Part shown: piece by piece, positions 51,681 through 63,188 of the stretch | Numbering within the stretch: the first letter of the stretch is position 1 | Layout: each line of letters opens with the position of its first letter | From: Octopus sinensis | Lineage: Eukaryota | Direction: 5' to 3' | Assembly: GCF_006345805.1 (NCBI RefSeq) | Contig: NC_043005.1 | Span: 6,200,001 to 6,264,000 of the forward strand | Length of the DNA stretch: 64,000 bases | Program-made: the position numbers and the translations under genes | The notes under the pieces: model-generated | Database searches by the model: none | What the model saw: the letters and a program-made list of their open reading frames with translations, nothing else | What the model was told of the DNA's origin: nothing

Positions 51681-52326
51681 TTATACATTTTTTCTGGTTT
51701 GTATACATTGAAAACAGGTTGGTCATGGATGGAATTCCTTTTTATCATCAATATGTCTGTTTTTTCATTACTGTCCAAGGGCTAAACAGCTATAATATCT
51801 TATTCACTGATCTAAGAAAAGAGCCTACACAGGGTTGTTCAATTTGCTAAAAATACCAGCTAAAATTCCCTTAAACCACAATTTGCCATCAAGAGAAAAG
51901 AAGAAAAAAGAAGTCCTAGATATACAATGCTTGAGTGAAGGAAATACGGTTGGAACACTCTTGATCATGGACCTGCTCAGTCAAGGCTGACCTGGGGCTA
52001 AATAGCAACACTTGAATCAACATTATTATTCTGACTAATGCCAGCAACAGCCTTATGTTATTGCAACCACCACCACCACCACCACCACCACCACCACCAC
52101 CACCACCACCACCACCACCACCACCACCACCCCACCACCACCACCACCACCACCACCACCACCACCACGATGACGATAACAGTAGGTTGTCTTTACTACA
52201 AGTACTAATAACACTAGTTTTACTATCGCTGTCACAAGCCCATATAAGTGAACACACACACACACACCACACACACACACATGCATACATACAGGGGCAC
52301 ACAAGACATTTATTGTTTGAGAGAGA

Positions 52327-52371
<45 letters not shown>

Positions 52372-53510
52372 TAGTAGTAAAGCATTGGTGTTCAATGTTT
52401 TTGTGGGACAAACTGTTGTGTCTCCACAAACAATATGTGCACACACATGAACATTTCACACACATACACACATGTATACACACACACACATGCATACACT
52501 CACCTATACACACACCTATTCACACGCACACTCACACACACATATAGTAACAATGCTATAACGCGGTTCATATTCTGCTTGCTGGCCTATTCCATGGTTT
52601 TATTGAGGGACCTTCAATGGAGCCTGAATTTCGGTTATGCATCATGCTTCACAGCACATATATATTCTGTGTGTGTGTGAGCTTTCTTGTCTTGTCATTG
52701 CATGATAATTGTAAATGAGTGTCACTGTCATATAAGCGGTGTCATTCATTTCTTCTGAGAAAACATGTCTGGCTAAGGAGAAATATTAGTTTGCTCAGAA
52801 ACGACATACAACCATAGGAAAATCTGCCTCAATGAATTCTGCCTGAGCCATTCAAGCATAGAAAAGAGTACATTAAAACTATTATTACCATGATGCTGCT
52901 GCTGCTGATGATGATGAGACATGCTGTGACAGACAGACAGACACATGTACTTTACATTGAAACATAATAGGCCACCCACCCAAGAGAGAATTTTTTTAAA
53001 TAATGAAAACTGAAGAAAGTAACAAGATTTCTAAAACATAAAAGCGATTATATATGTAGGACCCTAATTTACAAATGGAAATTAAGATAAACATTTCAAA
53101 TACTCCCTCACCCCACCACTCATCCTTCCTTGCTGCTGCATCCCGAATAGAAATATCTAAAAAATGGGAAGAAAGTTAAAGCTGAATATAAAGTGAAGAG
53201 GGTGGAGAGAATTTAGGCCAGAGTAATTGAAGACAACAAGACAATGATGTTGATGAGGAGGGAAATAATGACGATGATTGCTATGGCCATAATGATGTTG
53301 CATTGATAGGGGAGGGTGAAGGCAAATAGACTAAAGTACATACAGACGAAATTCTTCTCAAATTTGGGGCTTCCACCTACGGTAGAAACCCTTAAGAAAA
53401 TGGTGGTGGTGGTGGTGGATGGTAGATTAGAAAAATTGGTAGGGTCTGAATATAACCCTTTATATCCAGAGTTCAGATGCTGTTATGTTCAAATTTATCC
53501 TGACAGTCCC

Positions 53511-53551
<41 letters not shown>

Positions 53552-53935
53552 ACATCATCATGAAGATTTAACGTCTGTTTTCCATGCTGGCATGGGTTAG
53601 CTGGTTTGACAGGAGCAGGCAATCTGGAGAGCAGCCCCAGGTTCCTATTGTGTGTATTGGCATGGCTTCTATGGCTGGATGCCCTTCCTAACACCAACCA
53701 CTTTACAGAGTGTATGTACTGAATGAGTTTCACAATGCACCAGCACTAGCAGGGTCACCATGAAACTTGTAAGACCATAGAGGAGAAAGCAAGCATGACA
53801 CCTTCTCACTCTCTCCCAAAAGTCCATAGACAAGTAAAATCTAACAAAAGGTAGCTCTTGTGGCTCTTTTCTTTTTAACCTGTTTACTGCAGAAGTAAGC
53901 CTATATCTACTCAAAATTTCATTACTGTTAACTAC

Positions 53936-54324
53936 TCTTTTACTTGTTTCAGTCATTTGACTGCGGCCATGCTGGAGCACCGCCTTTAGTCGAGCAAATC
54001 AACCCCGGGACTTATTCTTTGTAAGCCCAGTACTTATTCTATCGGTCTCTTTTGCCGAACCGCTAAGTGACAGGGACATAAACACACCAGCATCGGTTGT
54101 CAAGCAATGCTAGAGGGACAAACACGCACACACAAATACATATATATATATACATATATACGACAGGCTTCTTTCAGTTTCCGTCTACCAAATCCACTCA
54201 CAAGGCATTGGTCAGCCTGGGGCTATAGCAGAAGACACTTGCCCAAGATGCCACACAGTGGGACTGAACCCAAAACCATGTGGTTGGTTAGCAAGCTACT
54301 TACCACACAGCCACTCCTGTGCCT
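53936..54324 (-). mobile_element. Young full-length S1 SINE
   Basis: Reverse complement of 7491-7903. Confidence 0.9.
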
Positions 54325-54720
54325 AACTGTGGAAAATAGTTTTATATATTATTTTATCTTTTGTTGAGGAGTTTCATATTTGAAACTATTGTTTTGTTCA
54401 GATATTCAAGTTTATTGAGGCAGTATGACTTGGAGAATTACAAATTCTAGTTTTGGGCAGATACTTCACATCATTACTGGAATAACAATGGAATTCAATC
54501 TTAACATTAAATGGTTAACAGAAAAACAAACTGAAGCAACATACAATATCGCTTGAAAGTTTATAAATATAACCTGGCAGGACACAGAAGAAAATAAATC
54601 ACACACACACTAAAAGCCACCCCCGACAGTTAGAACAACAATAGTATATAGCTATTGTTACTGAACATGAAAGGAAAAACTAAAATAATTAAGGAAAAAA
54701 TATGCATTTGTGATTAAGAC

Positions 54721-54924
54721 AGTGTGTGTGGATTTTTGTCTACCAAAGACTCTCCTTTTAAGATCTTTGACAAAAGCAATGGGTGTTCTGTTGCCATCAG
54801 TAAAACATTTATTCATGTCTGGTATGAGAAAACCCTAGCAAAGTTGCCTGCTGACAATATCTCCCTCTTTCTCTCTCTCTCTCTCTCTTATGTTTTAGAT
54901 TAGAAGGTTCCCAGCATATCCTTT
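54721..54924 (-). repeat. Inverted duplication, arm 2
   Basis: See arm 1. Confidence 0.95.
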
Positions 54925-55148
54925 CTTTTCAATGTGTACTCAAAAGGCTGTCTCTGTCTCGGACTCTGTTAAGACGAGATTTTATACATAAGTGCCATTC
55001 CACATTTGTATGCACATGTGTACATGCCCTGGTATACAGGCTGCTTCAAGTGCATAAAATAATTTAATTCTAGCCTGGCCAAGTTTCACATAAATTCATA
55101 AATGTTTTCTTTAATGAATTCTCTATTGGGACAAATATTTTCAGCTTA

Positions 55149-55535
55149 GCTCAAAACAACCAGGGAAAATAGATCAGCTCAAATAACCAGGGAAAGCAGA
55201 TTGGCTCAAACAACCAAGGAAAATAGATCAACTCAAACAACCAGGGAAAGCAGATTGGCTCAAACAACCAGGGAAAGCAGATCAGCTCAAACAACCAGGG
55301 AAAGCAGATCAGCTCAAACAACCAGGGAAAGTAGATCAACTCAAACAAACCAGGGAAAGCAGATTGGCTCAAACAACCAAGGAAAGTAGATCAACTCAAA
55401 CAACCAGGGAAAGCAGATTGGTTCAAACAACCAGGGAAAGTAGATCGGCTCAAAACAACCAAGGAAAATAGATCGGCTCAAACAACCAGGGAAAGCAAAT
55501 CGGCTCAAACAACCAGGGAAAATAGATTGGCTCAA
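55149..55535. repeat. 27-bp minisatellite, about 14 units (ctcaaacaaccagggaaagcagatcag)
   Basis: Direct reading, with occasional 28-bp units. Confidence 0.97.
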
Positions 55536-56619
55536 AAACACTGTGTCTGATGATCCAGCAGCATTCTGAATGAAGTCCTGCATTTGTAACACACAAGTAA
55601 CATTGAGAAGTTTCTCTGGAATGAAATATTAAACTATTGTGGATGCATGTTTGTATACAAATTATAAATATTATACATGCACTGGCATTTTAATCTAATA
55701 CACACTGTTTTCCACATCAAAACAAGCATTTTTAGCTTAGCTCTTAACATCTGCATTATTTGTCACTGAGGAGATGAACTCATGTTGAAACATTGTCTGA
55801 GGATTCACAAGTGTTCTGTGCAAATTACTGTTTTAACACACAAATCTCTTTGAGAAGTTTCTCTGAGATACAGTATTTCAGTTTATGGCATTCCATGTTT
55901 GTATATACACTGGTATTTTAATCTAAGACTATTTCAAGTGTGTATATTAATTTAATTCTAACCTGTCAAATCACTGATATTTCAACTAATTCTTGAACAA
56001 CAGTGACATGCCCAGATTCTTCCTCAAATATTTTATAAAAGACCCTCCCCATACATGATAAATGGTAATTGATTCCAACAAACATGCAGCAAGTACAATT
56101 TATGTCAAGGCAAGTAATTTCTTTTCAATCTTCCAATACATGTAGTTGAGTGGAATGGCTGACTGAACGAAACTGTGATTTAGGAATATAAACCTTGTTT
56201 AATTTACACAGGAGTAAATATATCTCAGATTTGACACATTTCTAACTCAAGGTTATATTAAGCAAGTTTTTGTCTTTTACACAAATGAAAACCACATATA
56301 TCATCATCATCATCATCATCATCATAGTCGTAACGTCCACTTTCCATGCTTGAATCTGTTGGACAGAGTTTATGGAAGCAGATTGTGAATGGTTGGATGA
56401 ATGTCACTGTCATAAAACTCATGTAATTTGTTTCCAAACTGTGAAAACAAGTCTGGCCGTGGGGAAATATCTTGTTTGGAAATAGGTAAGGGTGGGCAAC
56501 AGGAAGGGCATCTGGCTGTAGAAAATTTGCCTGTGTCAACTCCATCTGATGCATACAATCATGGGTACAGGACATCAAAAAGACGTTGAACACAATGGGA
56601 AATGAAAACATAAAAACAA

Positions 56620-56800
56620 AAACATAGAAACAAACTTTTTTTCAAACAACGAATAAAACAGAGAAACGAGACATTCAACATCAAGAATATTGCCTTCGAA
56701 ATGCAGAGTTGATGAAACAGGGACAACTCATCAGTTATTAAAACAAAAACTGATGAGGATGTCTTTTAGCCCCGGCATCTGAAACTCTGAGTATTATTAT
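56620..56800 (+). mobile_element. Probable Penelope-like fragment ending in a hammerhead motif
   Basis: Shares ccttcgaaat...agggaca.ct with 62790-62850 and carries CTGATGA-stem-GAAAC-TCTGA-GTA at 56750-56793. Confidence 0.5.
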
Positions 56801-57028
56801 GACAACTAACTGGTTGTCCTATATATATATATACACACATCACATATACGATGGGCTTATTCCATTTTCCGTCTACCAAATCCACTCACAAGGCTTTGGT
56901 CGACCCAAAGCTATAGTAGAAGACACTTGCCCAAGGTGCCACGCAGTGGGACTGAACCTGGATCCATGTAGTTGGGAAGCAAGCTACTTACCACACAGCC
57001 ACTCCTGCATCTGTGTGTGTGTATATAT

Positions 57029-57063
<35 letters not shown>

Positions 57064-58312
57064 AATATATATATATACACACACACAGTGTCATACACAC
57101 ACAGTCATACACACACAAACAGCCTTTGTCCTTCTTCTTCTCTCTCACACATATTTTGTAATTCCATATCCTTCCCCCCCCCCCCCCACACACACAGTAT
57201 CATTCACACATCATGTACACATGCTCAGAATTATGCAAGAAATGCAAATCCTGAAAGTAATCTTGCAGACTTCTTGAGGAGGTTGCAATATTCCAGTAAG
57301 AGTCTCAACAACCCATTCAACGGAGACAAGAATCCAGTTATTTTGTCAGACAGACATTAAGTCGTGTGTTGCCAATGATAGAGTTACACATATATTGATA
57401 AGAAACAGAGACATTTCAGGGACCAGGCATGTGGGGGTGGTTGGGCGAGGGAGGGAGGAGCAGTGTGTCCCCCCCCCCGACAGATTTAATATAGTGAATC
57501 CCACCCACCCACCTAGGTGCCATGCAGGAGGACTCAATCCAAAATTCTGTAGTTGGGGAGGGAACTTTCTAAAGCACACAGCCATTCCATTTATTTCCAA
57601 TATTGGAGTTTAGAGGACAAAAGATTCTTCAATGTTCACCTTGGGTGAGGGGACAAAAGAAAAAACAAAGGAGAATATCTTCTTTACTTGTTTCAGTCAT
57701 TTTTAAACATAAATCTGTCCTCAAAAATCTTACACACCCTGTATACATACATGCACATGCACACACAGAAACACACACACACACAAAACAGGCTTCCAGA
57801 GTTTCCATTCACAAGGCATTGGTCAGTTCAGGGCTACAGCAAAAGACACTTGTCCAAGGTGTTGCACAGTGGGACTGAACTCAAAGCCACATGGTTACAA
57901 AGCAAGCTTCTTAACCGCCAAGCCACGCCTGTACCCAGCTTTGGTTTTTCTATTTACCTTTTAATCATAACCATTCTCCACACAACAGAATCCTGCTGCT
58001 AGCACGGATGTTATAAACAGTGTGAATCAAAAAGATATTGTTTTTGTGAGCTGGCATCTCTAGGAGTTAATGGTGTCAGAGTTTATCAGACGGAGAGCTA
58101 ATCTTAGGTCAGACATTATGAACGCTTTGAAAGATTTCCCAAATGCTTTTTATGTTTGTTTGTACAGAGGTCAATAAGATCAGCCCTTTAGCTTTCACAT
58201 ATTCGGATAAAAATCACATTTTATTTTGTTCGTGGGTGGGGGACGTGAGTTAACACCCAGCTTTGTATCAATTAGAAGAAGCATTTTAGTACTCTCAGTT
58301 ATGAGACTATAT

Positions 58313-58725
58313 ACCTATTTCTTTATTGCCCACAAGGGGCTAAACATACAGGGGACAAACAAGGATAGACAAAGGGATTAAGTTGGTTATATCGACCCCA
58401 GTGCATAACTGGTACTTATTTAATCAATACTGAAAGGATGAAAGACAAAGTCAACCTTGGTGGAATTTGAACTCAGAACATAAAAACAGACAAAATACCT
58501 ATTTCTTTATTTCCCACAGGGGGCTAAACATACAGGGGACAAACAAGGACAAAGGGATTAAGTTGGTTGCATCGACCCCAGTGCATAACTGGTACGTATT
58601 TAATCAATACTGAAAGGATGAAAGGCAAAGTCGACCTTGGCGGAATTTGAACTCAGAACGTAACAGTCGATGAAATACTGCTGTTTCGCTTGGCATGCTA
58701 ACAATTCTGCCAGCTCGCTGCCTTT
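58313..58725 (-). mobile_element. Dimeric S2 SINE, 184-bp period
   Basis: Units start at 58313 and 58497. Confidence 0.85.
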
Positions 58726-59150
58726 TATGAGACTGTATCATCACAACTTCCATTTCGGCTTTACCTTGTTTGCATGGATTTGATGGAATCTGTTGAGGGC
58801 AGATATTCTATGGTTAGGTGCCCCATTCCTATCACCGATCCTCTTGTGTTTCCAAACAAGGTAATATTTCCCGTGGCCAGACATGTTTTCATGGAAGACT
58901 TGGAAATGAACAACTTTGTTTGTATGACTGTGACACTTGTTTACAACAATCACGTGAAGTCAAGACAAGGACAGAACCCCCACCCCCACACACAGAAACT
59001 GAAAGAAGCCTATCATATATGTGTGTGATTGTGTGTGTGTGTGTGTGTGTGTGAGTGTGTATAGACACACACTCACACATACACACAATCACATACACAC
59101 ACACATACATATATGTGTGCATGTAATCACACATACACATATGTAATATA

Positions 59151-59290
59151 TACAGTAATCCCTCGACTATCGCGGTTATTATGCTCCAAAACCTCCCACA
59201 GAAATAATTAAAATCTAAAAACATAAGCCTATTGGCTGCAGAAACCCACAATATACTGAGGGGTCCACAATATAAATTTACATATATTAG
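59151..59290 (+). mobile_element. Tigger/pogo-like DNA transposon left end
   Basis: TA followed by cagtaatccctcgactatcgcgg, a pogo/Tigger-type TIR. The right end was not found. Confidence 0.6.
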
Positions 59291-59780
59291 CCAAAAGAAT
59301 CCAGGATGTACTGAGTGCACCCTGGGTGAACTGCAATATGGTGAGGAATGACTGTATATACATATATAAACAAACACACAAACACAGCTAGATGAGTGAT
59401 GTATGCATGTATGCATATGTGAGTGTGCATGTGTGAGTGTAACTCTAACGCTAAAAAGAAATGAAGAAATGTAGAGCGTATAAAGTTGTTACAAAAAAAC
59501 CCGCTCAATTTCCTTTCTCTTTTCTCCTCCGTCAGCACGATGAGATTGTGTATACATCCAGTCATGACTTTATCAAGGATATTTGAAATGTAAGTAGAGT
59601 GAAATTAACTAGAGCCAGTAACTGAGATTCTAGATTACAGAAGCAGGCTTTGGGAGTCTTATTTCTATTTTAAAAACAAACAAGCAAGAAAGCAGGCAAC
59701 AACATCCGTCGTGTACTAAGTTTGTATTCCATAATCTCAAGAGTTCTTCTTGGAAACATTTCTCCTGGAATTGTTTAACA

Positions 59781-60002
59781 TACAAAGGGGATGCTGAAAA
59801 GTTCCTGGTTTCAAGGGTATCATGAAAAGCCTGGTTGGAGGCCCATCCTTCCGAGTTCTTTTAAATGGCTTAGAAAAACTGAAGGACTGCTGTAATAAGT
59901 GTATGGATCTGGGAGAGGAATATGTTGAATAAAATCATAATAAACTGCCCCTCCTGTATTTTCTGTTACCCAAAGACAGGAACTTCTCAGTACCCCCTTA
60001 TA
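59781..60002 (+). mobile_element. Mariner-derived MITE
   Basis: TA-flanked inverted ends caaaggggatgctgaaaagttcctg / caggaacttctcagtacccccttata. The residual frame LEKLKDCCNKCMDLGEEYVE* matches the mariner transposase C-terminus (W.KCI...G.Y.E*). Confidence 0.85.
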
Positions 60003-60409
60003 TTAAACACCATAACAAAGTGTTCTAGCGTAAAAATTTCTGGACAAAGTAAACAATCACCCTTGTCCTCCACACCCATCAAAGTCCCTGTACCCAGTGG
60101 TGGTGGTGGTGGTGGTGGTGCAACAAGGTCAGGCAAATCCCCTTGCAGTTCCATGCAAATGTAGTTATCATCTAATTATCGTCTAATTATCATCTAATGT
60201 CTGCATTTCATTTTGTGTTTTACACAAACGAAATGGCTGTAGGGGGGAACCTATTTTGATAACTGAGAAGGTATCCATCTCCTTACACCAGTCAAACTCC
60301 CAATTCACCCACGACGAGGATGTGCAACCCACAGGAACATTTTCAATAATATAAGGCATTCTATATTTTGTTAATTAAACATGAAACATTACTACTACTA
60401 TTACAACTT

Positions 60410-60441
<32 letters not shown>

Positions 60442-60704
60442 GGTGGTGGTGGTGGTGGTGGCGGCAGCGGTAGTAGTAGTAATAGTAGTAGTAGTAGCAG
60501 CAGCAGCAGTAGTAGTAGCAATCATAGTATTAGTTATTTAGAATGCATGAGAGGTTTGCTTTATGGGTTTGTAACTAAAATCCTTGTAATAAAAATCAAA
60601 AGTTGTAATCAACTGTCCGGACCCAAGTAGGTTACTGGTACTAATCTTCTAGAGAAAGAGAACTGAATTAGATGAGCAGATCTCAGCTCAGCATTGAAAT
60701 AAAT

Positions 60705-61310
60705 TGAACCCTTTTGCTACCAACCGACCTGAAACTCTCCTCACTACTTTGATACAAACTTTCTGCTTTATAAACTTTTATCAAAATTTCATGTCAATTT
60801 ATTATGTGCCAAATATACCTTATAATGACAAAGTTATCTTATTCAATTCTCCATTTTATTTTTTGTTGTTAAATTAATTGAAACCAAGGGAGTGTTTGAA
60901 TGGAGTTTGGAACACAAGTGAAAGTACATAAGTGTACGTGAGTGTAGATAAGTGTACGTAAGTTTGGAACATAAGTGTTTGGAACAGAGTGAGTGTACTT
61001 GAATGGTGTCTGGAATGTAAGTTAAGATGAAATTTTAACAGATTTCAATTTTGATCTCTTTAAAGTAGAAAATATGTATTGTCCAATGTGTCTTGTTTGT
61101 TAACCGTTTGACATTAATCCACCTGAGACTGTTGTCCTTGGTTCTATGATACACACTTCTTGTTAATATTAAAACCTTCTATCAAAATTTCAATGTTAAT
61201 TTATGTTCTAAACACTGACTTAATAATGACAGTTATTTTGAAAAGTCCTTCATTATTTTCAGAATTAATTCAAACAAAGTTACATCAACATCAAAATAAA
61301 TATCAAATGG
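60705..61310. mobile_element. MITE fragments related to 11375-11763
   Basis: Starts aacccttttgctaccaaccgacctga and aaccgtttgacattaatccacctga. Shares atcaaaatttca.gt.aattta. Confidence 0.5.
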
Positions 61311-61324
61311 AAATTGTAGTTGTG

Positions 61325-61643
61325 ATACCTGTGCCGGTGACATGTAAAAAGCACCATCAAAATGTGGCCGATACCAGCACCACCTTGACCGGCTTCCGTG
61401 CCGGTAGCACGTAAAAAGCACCAACCAATCATGGCCACTGCCAGCCTCCCCGGAGGCACGTAAAAAGCACCCACTACACTTGTGGAGTGGTTGCCGTTAT
61501 AGGGCATCTAGCTGTACAAACACTGCCAGATCAGACTGGAGCCTGGTGCAGCTTCCTGGCTTCCCGGACCCCGGTCGAACCGTCCAACCCATGCTAGCAT
61601 GGAAAACGGACATTAAATGATGATGATGATGATGATGATGATG
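61325..61643 (+). mobile_element. S3/RTE 3'-end copy with (TGA)n tail
   Basis: Subrepeats plus ccatgctagcatggaaaacggacattaaa(tga)n. Confidence 0.8.
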
Positions 61644-62525
61644 AAAGTTAATGCCAAAGAAATCTGGTAAGAAAAGAGTTAAGAGACTTTTGCCTCCCAT
61701 ATTTTGTACACTAGTTTCTGTCCTGTCCTGATTTGAATGAAGGATTGCATTCCAGCCTTTTACCAACCAATACTGAATGAGGTTTAATGAGGATTCCAGT
61801 GAAACCCAATCACTGGATATGTCTCTAGCAGTACAGCCATTCTACTTGAATTCGATCAAATAACGGGGCTCATGCACATCTTATTTGGTTGTCACCTATA
61901 AAAGGTCAAACAGTGAATCAGCTCTTCTGTCAGACAGTTATCAGACTTCAAGAACATTGAAAAACCTTTCTTGTTTACAATGTAAAATCAGTCCACCGAC
62001 ATTATCATCATCATCGTCGTCGTCATCATTATCCCAAATATCCTCATCGACATTGTTATTATCACCATCTTTGTTGTTGTCTTTGTAGCCAACATCATCA
62101 TCATTGTTGCCATAGCAATCATCATCATTAAAGCAATCGTTACCCCCGTGTTAGATTCTACTTTTTCATGTTTTCATGAATCAGATGAGATTCACTGAGA
62201 TTGATTTGCTAAGGCTGGATGCCTTTCCTGTTGCCAACCCTCCCCTGTTTCCAAGCAAGATAATATTTCTTTCTAATCCAGACATGTTTTAAGAGAAGAT
62301 TGCAGACAAACGTCCCTGCTTGTAAGACAGTGATGTTTGTTTACAGGCAGCTTTCTTCTCAGTTGCCATCAATCAAATTCTCTCACAAAGCTTTGGTCAA
62401 CCTGAGGAGAGACTATAGCAGAAGACACCCATCCAAAATGCTGTATGGTGGGACTGAACCAGAAACCATGTGGTTGCAAAGCATGCCTACACCTATTGCT
62501 GACCTTGATTCTTACTAATGGTGAT

Positions 62526-62627
62526 GCATGCAACATCTAGGTTTCCCAAGCAACCATCCAACTTGATGTTGCTTAACTTCAGTGACCAGACAAAAATAGG
62601 TGTTTCCATTGTGTTCCCACCATAAGC
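62526..62627 (-). pseudogene. Decayed 5S rRNA copy (or head of a 5S-derived SINE)
   Basis: The plus strand reads ggtttcccaagc..ccatccaa[deletion]..tgttgcttaacttcagtgaccagacaaaaataggtgtttcc. This aligns by eye to the reverse complement of metazoan 5S (ggtattcccaggcggtcacccatccaagtactaacc...tgcttaacttcggtgatcggacgagaaccgg). Confidence 0.7.
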
Positions 62628-62639
62628 TCTATTCCTTCT

Positions 62640-62980
62640 TGTACTGTATTTTTTGTAATTGTATTTTTATTTTGTATTTGTTTTTAATTGTATTGTTTTT
62701 ACGGCTTGTTTTTGTCACATTTTTTTCCTTGTTTTTACCCCTCTGCAAAGGAATTTTATTTAATTCTTTCGCAGGAAGGACTAGTTCGATGAGACGTGTT
62801 CTGTCCTCACCTTCGAAATACGCTGGAATTGAACTAGGGACAGCTGATGAAGGGGATTTTTCCTTGTGTAGTTGTCTTGTACTCTGTTTTTTCGTTGTTA
62901 AAAAAATGGTCCGTTCCATGCTGTTTTTACTTTTTCGTTTCTCGTTGAGTTCTACGTCTATTTGTGGTGTCCTGTACACA
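62640..62980. mobile_element. Interspersed repeat, possibly Penelope-like; a related piece runs from about 63790 to the window end
   Basis: Shared ctga(t/a)gaag.gg.ttt..tccttgtgt..ttgtc.tgtactct.tttttt at about 62843 and 63936. Confidence 0.45.
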
Positions 62981-63157
62981 CGTATATATATTTATATATG
63001 CATGTATATATACATGTAGATGTAGGTACGTACATATATGTTTGTATGTATGCATATATTTTATTTATTACACTATTGTATGACTGAGCGCCCTCGCGTC
63101 GATTCGATTCGTTTCGTTTCTTCTTCTCTAAGCTGGTTTTTATATATATATATATAC

Positions 63158-63188
<31 letters not shown>

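Noticed and set aside
55149-55535. Possible CRISPR array or repetitive protein
   Set aside because: Head-to-tail 27-bp units without unique spacers, in eukaryotic intronic context.
60287-60365. Possible upstream integrin exon ending ...WEFDW|gtaagg
   Set aside because: It lacks the LLVGAP and paired-Cys motifs expected, has no good acceptor, and would give Cys rather than the usual Gly at the junction.
62810-62870. CTGATGA plus hairpin as a further hammerhead (also 63936, and minus strand at about 20133, 22122 and 63397)
   Set aside because: No GAAA directly after stem II and no stem III/cleavage triplet in register.
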